A stretch of 32,000 bases of DNA from Candidatus Dwaynesavagella gallinarum (GTDB taxonomy: Bacteria; Bacillota; Clostridia; Clostridiales; Clostridiaceae): assembly GCA_019120235.1 (NCBI GenBank), contig DWVN01000145.1, positions 5,659 through 37,658 of the forward strand, given 5' to 3'. The position numbers and the translations under genes were made by a program. The notes under the pieces are model-generated. The model was not told the origin of the DNA. It did no database searches and saw nothing but the letters and a program-made list of their open reading frames with translations. Positions 27,376-32,000 of this stretch are shown one piece after another; within the stretch, counting starts at the first letter, position 1, and each line of letters opens with the position of its first letter.

Positions 27376-28338
27376 TCATTCTTCAACTTTACTAACTTTA
27401 ACTTTTACTGTAACAGATTTCCTGTTATCTACAGTCTCTATACCATTTGAAATTTTTAATGGGACTTCTAATATAGAATTTTCCTCTATCTTAGATAAAT
27501 CAACACTTTCAGAAGAAATTTTATAAATATTTGATATTACATCCTCAGCTCCAATTATTTTTATTTCCTTAGGTATAATGTCAATACTTTCAAGCTTTAA
27601 TCCTTCTTGCAAATTATTTACAAAAGGAACATCCACCTCTACATCTTTCATAGCTCTAACCATAATATACATCTCAACAACGTCAGGATAAACATCTAAA
27701 AATTCATTTATTTCTTTTCCATCTTTATCTAAAAATTTAACTTTTAAACTCTGATAAGTATCCTGTTTTAAATCTTCAAACTTAGCATTAACAACAGCTT
27801 TATCAACTTCATTTACAAATTTTGATGCTCCCGAAACTATAACATATTCAGGAGTGATTATAGGTTCAAAAGAATAAAACCCCTCAGTATTATGTTTTTC
27901 AATAACCTTGTCAACAGATACTCTTTTTTCTACAAACTCATCTATTAAAATTTTAATATCTAAATCATTAGGTTTTGTTATTGAAATATTAGAAGGTATA
28001 CTTCGTATATAGCTTCTTACTACATTTTCTCCCTTCTCAATCTCATACAAGCTTAAATCTAAAAATATTTCAAAATTTTCTGCCTTCAAATTATATATAT
28101 CTGATGCATTCCCCTCAACAGTTAAATTAACTGTAAACTTTTGATCAGGTAATACAATTAATCCATTTTTTTTCAAACTTAAACTATTTATAATATTTAC
28201 AGGTATATTATAAATCTTAGTTGTAATCATAGGATCTAAAGTTATAAATATATAAATCCAAAGCATAAACGATACTATTAAACACAATATCTTTACATTT
28301 ATGAATTGTGCTTTATTCTTATTTTTTTTCTTATCCAA
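27376..28338 (-). CDS. cdaR: YbbR-domain protein, CdaA regulatory protein CdaR
   Basis: N-terminal TM (ILCLIVSFMLWIYIFIT), YbbR-type repeats (TTKIYNIPVNIINS..., VDKVIEKHNTEGFYSFEPIITPEYVIVSGASKFVNEV...). Directly downstream of cdaA. Confidence 0.85.
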   Translation of the reverse strand: MDKKKNKNKAQFINVKILCLIVSFMLWIYIFITLDPMITTKIYNIPVNIINSLSLKKNGLIVLPDQKFTVNLTVEGNASDIYNLKAENFEIFLDLSLYEIEKGENVVRSYIRSIPSNISITKPNDLDIKILIDEFVEKRVSVDKVIEKHNTEGFYSFEPIITPEYVIVSGASKFVNEVDKAVVNAKFEDLKQDTYQSLKVKFLDKDGKEINEFLDVYPDVVEMYIMVRAMKDVEVDVPFVNNLQEGLKLESIDIIPKEIKIIGAEDVISNIYKISSESVDLSKIEENSILEVPLKISNGIETVDNRKSVTVKVKVSKVEE

Positions 28339-29156
28339 CCTTTTACCCTGCCTTTAAAAGATGCTGATTTTAAATTATTATATACAAACATCCTACTAAG
28401 TAAGGAATTTAATTTTTCAAAATCATAGTTTCTCGTCATTTTACCATTTACAACTAGAGATATTATTCCACTCTCTTCAGAAACAACAATAACCGCAGCA
28501 TCACTAATCTCTGATATTCCAAGAGCTGCCCTATGTCTTGTTCCTAAACTTTTATCAATATTTTGATAACTAAGAGGAAGAAAACATCCTGCAGCTTCTA
28601 TTAAACCCTCTCTTATAATAATAGCCCCATCATGTAAAGGACTGTTAGGAAAAAATATTGTTTCTATAACCTCAGAACTAATTTTAGAATTTAATTTAGT
28701 ACCACTTTCAACAATATCTGCTAGTTTTGTATTTCTCTCTATCACAATTAACGCTCCAACATTTTTGCTAGACATATTTGCAATTCCTTTGCAAATCTCA
28801 ACAATAAAATCATTTTTAACGTAACTATTATAATATTTATTATGTATATCTGAAAAAGCACTTCTACCTAAATGTTCAAGTGCTTTACGTATTTCTGGTT
28901 GAAACAAAATAACAATAGTTAAAACACCTATAGTTAAAGTATTTTTTAAAATAGTATAAACCATAGTTAAATTTAAAAGGTAACTAATAGGTATTAAAAC
29001 TAATATAAATAAAATCCCTCTTAATAATTGTTCAGCTCTAGTTTCTTTTATAAGCATATAAGCCTTATATAAAGCATACGCAACTATCGATATATCTAGT
29101 AAATCAAATACATTTATATTTTTAATTGTATTTAAAACAATATTTAAAAACTCCAA
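28299..29156 (-). CDS. cdaA: Diadenylate cyclase (c-di-AMP synthase), CdaA/DisA_N family
   Basis: N-terminal TM helices, FQPEIRKALEHLG, FFPNSPLHDGAIIIREGLIEAAGCFLPLS (DGA motif), GTRHRAALGISEISDAAVIVVSEESGIISL (RHR motif). Confidence 0.95.
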   Translation of the reverse strand: MEFLNIVLNTIKNINVFDLLDISIVAYALYKAYMLIKETRAEQLLRGILFILVLIPISYLLNLTMVYTILKNTLTIGVLTIVILFQPEIRKALEHLGRSAFSDIHNKYYNSYVKNDFIVEICKGIANMSSKNVGALIVIERNTKLADIVESGTKLNSKISSEVIETIFFPNSPLHDGAIIIREGLIEAAGCFLPLSYQNIDKSLGTRHRAALGISEISDAAVIVVSEESGIISLVVNGKMTRNYDFEKLNSLLSRMFVYNNLKSASFKGRVKGWIRKKIRIKHNS

Positions 29157-29247
29157 TTATCTACCTCTTTTTTTTCTTTTTTAAAGAATTTATTAACTAA
29201 CTCAATAATATAATAAACTAAATGATTTTTAAAGGGGCGAAAATATT

Positions 29248-30210
29248 TTGCATATTAAAAAAAATTTATTTAAAATAATATCAATATTTTTATTTATTAT
29301 TTTCTTCAGTATTTGCTGTTTTATAACATATTTAATTATAAATAAAGAACATAATCCAAACTATAAATTAGATTCATATATTTCACACCTAAATAACATA
29401 TATAAAATCTTAGATGACGATTTATATTCTAAAGAAAATATATCAAAATCTTTAGAAAACATATACATATTACAAGAATCTAAAAAAAATATTAACACTT
29501 CTCTGAAAGTTCATGAAACTAAAACCTTCAATCACTTAATAAATTCATCAGAGCTATACATAAAACAAATATCAAATCTACAATCAGACACTGAAAATAT
29601 AAATGAAAACATCGTTGCTCTTAAAAACCATTTTGATCAAATAATCCTAAGTTTAAAATCCCTACCAGCTAATTCAAATATTTTAACAGAAACCATAAAT
29701 ACAATTTCAAATGTTCAAGATGCTTATGAAAATAATTTTTACTCAGAAAAAATAAACTCCATATCAACCTTAAGCTTAAATAAATTTATAAGTGAAGTAA
29801 ACTCCATTATGTATGAATTTCTTCCTTTAATAGAAAACATTGATGAAAAATTAAAAAAAGCTAGAGATAACAAATATGACTATCAATTAATTTTAAATAC
29901 ATTAGAAAAAAATTTAAACGTTTTAAAAAATTTAAAATCTAAACTTTCAAAACTTCCAATACCTCAAGAAGGTTTATCTATATATCATGAAATTGAAGAA
30001 ATTTTAGATCTTTATGATGAATACAATACAAAATTAAAATATTCTATTAAAAATGAACATTTATCAGAAGCAAATGAATTAACAGATGAAAATCTGCAAA
30101 AAATGTATGAGCAAACAGAATTTGTTTATTCAAAAATTTTAAATAAATACAATACTTTAAAACATAAAATAGATTCTAAAGTAAGTATTTCAAATTCTTT
30201 GTACAACTAA
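29248..30210 (+). CDS. Membrane-anchored, predicted helical/coiled-coil extracytoplasmic protein of unknown function (320 aa)
   Basis: TTG start after AAAGGGGCG; N-terminal TM (IISIFLFIIFFSICCFITYLII), then a long Asn/Lys/Glu-rich helical region. No family recognised. Confidence 0.75.
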   Translation: MHIKKNLFKIISIFLFIIFFSICCFITYLIINKEHNPNYKLDSYISHLNNIYKILDDDLYSKENISKSLENIYILQESKKNINTSLKVHETKTFNHLINSSELYIKQISNLQSDTENINENIVALKNHFDQIILSLKSLPANSNILTETINTISNVQDAYENNFYSEKINSISTLSLNKFISEVNSIMYEFLPLIENIDEKLKKARDNKYDYQLILNTLEKNLNVLKNLKSKLSKLPIPQEGLSIYHEIEEILDLYDEYNTKLKYSIKNEHLSEANELTDENLQKMYEQTEFVYSKILNKYNTLKHKIDSKVSISNSLYN

Positions 30211-30281
30211 ACTAATATTTTTTAAATAACTGCACAAACTAAAGAGTAACTAATTATACCTTTAAATTTACGGAGGTATTT

Positions 30282-30989
30282 ATGAAAAAACTTAAAAATT
30301 TAGCATTGAGCCTATCAATAGGTGCTTTAACAACAACTCTTCCGTATATAACTTACAGTGCTCAAGCATTACCAATAAATGATGTAAAAGAAAGAGAAAT
30401 AAAAGCACCTTTAAATATATTTAATATTGAAAATAAAAATACAAAAAGAAATCAAAAAGAAGAAATGGCTGAAGTTTTAGTTAATTTATACAACAAATAT
30501 AATCACATTTTTAAAAAAGGTTTGGAAATAAATGATATTAAAAATTCTAATTTGTATTTTAATATAACAAAACAAAAATCTGAAATTAAAGATTTAATAA
30601 ATGACATAGTAAACTATCCTTATTCTGTTGTTAATTCTAAAATAGAGCAAAAATTTCTTAAATCAAACATACTTTTTTGCTACTTAACAAATCAATATAT
30701 TCAAACTGAAAATTTAAATAATATTTTAAACGCTAACAATATAGATGAAGTTAAAGAGGAATTAAAAAATATATCAGAAATAATTAATTATTCGGTACTT
30801 GCTCTAGAAAATTCTGAAGGAAACTATTCAAATATAGATTTAAATGAAAAAGTTTCACAGCTAAATAGTATAGTAAGTAACATTAATGATGTAGAATCTC
30901 TTAAATCAAATTTCTTAATGCTTAATCAAACCTTAAATGAAATTCATTTAGAAATAAATTCAACCTTAAGTGAATACATTCATATATAA
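30282..30989 (+). CDS. Secreted protein of unknown function (235 aa)
   Basis: Signal peptide MKKLKNLALSLSIGALTTTLPYITYSAQA with a plausible AQA cleavage site; the rest is helical and low complexity. ACGGAGG RBS. Confidence 0.75.
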   Translation: MKKLKNLALSLSIGALTTTLPYITYSAQALPINDVKEREIKAPLNIFNIENKNTKRNQKEEMAEVLVNLYNKYNHIFKKGLEINDIKNSNLYFNITKQKSEIKDLINDIVNYPYSVVNSKIEQKFLKSNILFCYLTNQYIQTENLNNILNANNIDEVKEELKNISEIINYSVLALENSEGNYSNIDLNEKVSQLNSIVSNINDVESLKSNFLMLNQTLNEIHLEINSTLSEYIHI

Positions 30990-31019
30990 AAAAGATGCTA
31001 GAAAACTCTAGCATCTTTT
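30990..31019. terminator. Bidirectional rho-independent terminator
   Basis: 13-bp stem AAAAGATGCTAGA (30990-31002) / TCTAGCATCTTTT (31007-31019) between convergent genes. Confidence 0.85.
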
Positions 31020-31021
31020 CT

Positions 31022-31330
31022 TTACTTATTTTTATTTACAAACTCAACTAAATCTCTTTTTTGCATAACACCAACAAATCTATCACAAACTTCACCATCT
31101 TTAAATAAAATTACTGTTGGTATACTCATAACTTTATATTTTCTAGAAATTGTACTTTCATCAACGTTTATTTTAACGCATTTTACATCACTATTCTCAT
31201 TTGAAAACTCTTCAAATATAGGTCCAAACGATTTACAAGGTCCACACCAATCAGCATAAAAATCTATAACCACAAGTCCCTTAAAATCTAATACTTCCTC
31301 TTGAAAATTTGCATCATTAACATTAATCAT
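31022..31330 (-). CDS. trxA: Thioredoxin
   Basis: VVIDFYADWCGPCKSFGPIFEEF...VMSIPTVILFKDGEVCDRFVG. Start taken as ATG 31330, correctly spaced from AAGGAG; the track start is GTG 31342, which abuts the RBS. Confidence 0.92.
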   Translation of the reverse strand: MINVNDANFQEEVLDFKGLVVIDFYADWCGPCKSFGPIFEEFSNENSDVKCVKINVDESTISRKYKVMSIPTVILFKDGEVCDRFVGVMQKRDLVEFVNKNK

Positions 31331-31338
31331 AAACTTAA

Positions 31339-32000
31339 TCACTCCTTAATAAAAGTTTCATTTACTAATAATTTACCATTATAAACCATTTTCTTACCTT
31401 TTGAAAACACATATTTTATTTCAAAATCTTGCTTATCTACAAGAATTACATCTGCATCTTTATGTTTCTTTATTTCTCCCTTATGTTTAAGTCCTAATAT
31501 ATCTGCAACATTTTTAGTTACAAGAGATATTATATGACTTTTTGAGATTTTAGAATTATTTAATAATTCTCTTATTTCATTATATAAAGAATTTGGTTTT
31601 CCAATTCCAATTCCAACAAAATTACCATTACCATCTACAATAGGTAAACTCCCTTGAGAATCTGAAGAACAAGTAATATGACTTATATCTACACCTTTTG
31701 ATAAAATTTCAGGAATAATTTTACTTATACGTAAATTTTCCTCTTCTTCTATACCTTTAACATAGCTACTTGTTAAATCAAAATATCCACCCTTCTTACC
31801 ATATTCAATAGCAGAATCTAAAAGTTTTCTATTTCTATTTACATGAGTAGGAATAATTTGAGATAAGTTTATATCTTTATTTACACAAATATCAAATAAA
31901 TATTTAAGCCCTTCATTAGAATCACCTATATGAATGTGTACAATTCCTATTTTATTAGATAAAATTCCACCAACTTTTGCCTCATGAATAATTTTTATAA
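31339..32000 (-). CDS. iadA: IadA-like beta-aspartyl (isoaspartyl) peptidase, C-terminal part (gene runs off the window)
   Basis: Minus-strand reading ...HIHIGDSNEGLKYLFDI...IIPTHVNRNRKLLDSAIEYGKKGGYFDLTSS...HITCSSDSQGSLPIVDGNG...LVTKNVADILGLKHKGEIKKHKDADVILVD...FIKE*: an amidohydrolase-fold, IadA-type pattern. Confidence 0.8.
   Translation of the reverse strand, partial: IKIIHEAKVGGILSNKIGIVHIHIGDSNEGLKYLFDICVNKDINLSQIIPTHVNRNRKLLDSAIEYGKKGGYFDLTSSYVKGIEEEENLRISKIIPEILSKGVDISHITCSSDSQGSLPIVDGNGNFVGIGIGKPNSLYNEIRELLNNSKISKSHIISLVTKNVADILGLKHKGEIKKHKDADVILVDKQDFEIKYVFSKGKKMVYNGKLLVNETFIKE

Noticed and set aside
29248-30989. Considered a toxin-immunity or surface adhesin system for the two exported proteins
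   Set aside because: No recognised toxin domain, LPxTG-type anchor, repeat structure or secretion partner; unsupported beyond 'exported helical proteins'.

Overview
This is a 32 kb AT-rich chromosomal window with gene families typical of a low-GC, spore-forming-type anaerobic Clostridia. It is mostly housekeeping and metabolic genes. I see no CRISPR array, phage, transposon, rRNA or tRNA that I can support.

Genes in order: trpS (partial, -), a small zinc-ribbon protein (-), a GAF-GGDEF diguanylate cyclase (+), a metallophosphoesterase (+), a RelQ/YjbM-like small alarmone synthetase (+), prfC (+), a 54-aa ORF (+), an ElaA-like GNAT acetyltransferase (-), a DpaA/SpoVFA-like protein without a visible DpaB partner (+), a 50-aa ORF (+), tyrS (-), a 2752-aa cyclic beta-1,2-glucan synthase-like protein (-), adhE (+), a KamB/NpmA-like 16S rRNA methyltransferase homologue (-), an AbgT-family transporter (-), a HAD phosphatase (+), glmM (-), a four-subunit 2-oxoacid:ferredoxin oxidoreductase (-), cdaR and cdaA (-), two uncharacterised exported proteins (+), thioredoxin (-), and an IadA-like peptidase (partial, -).

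Strand correction: the supplied ORF track labels several ORFs '+' whose translations read only from the minus strand: 5735..6184, 7375..8595, 8929..17187, 20098..20733, 20798..22396 and 27111..27356. I report them as '-'.

The observations most worth a second look are: tandem Rex-type operators 21 bp apart just downstream of a near-consensus promoter at adhE; a glucan synthase whose C-terminal GH94 phosphorylase domain appears degenerate while its GT84 motifs look intact; a chromosomal KamB/NpmA-like methyltransferase; a cdaA-cdaR-glmM cluster split by an oxidoreductase module; an orphan DpaA-like gene; and a pair of exported helical proteins divergent from cdaA. I did not find convincing evidence of a completely new multi-gene system.
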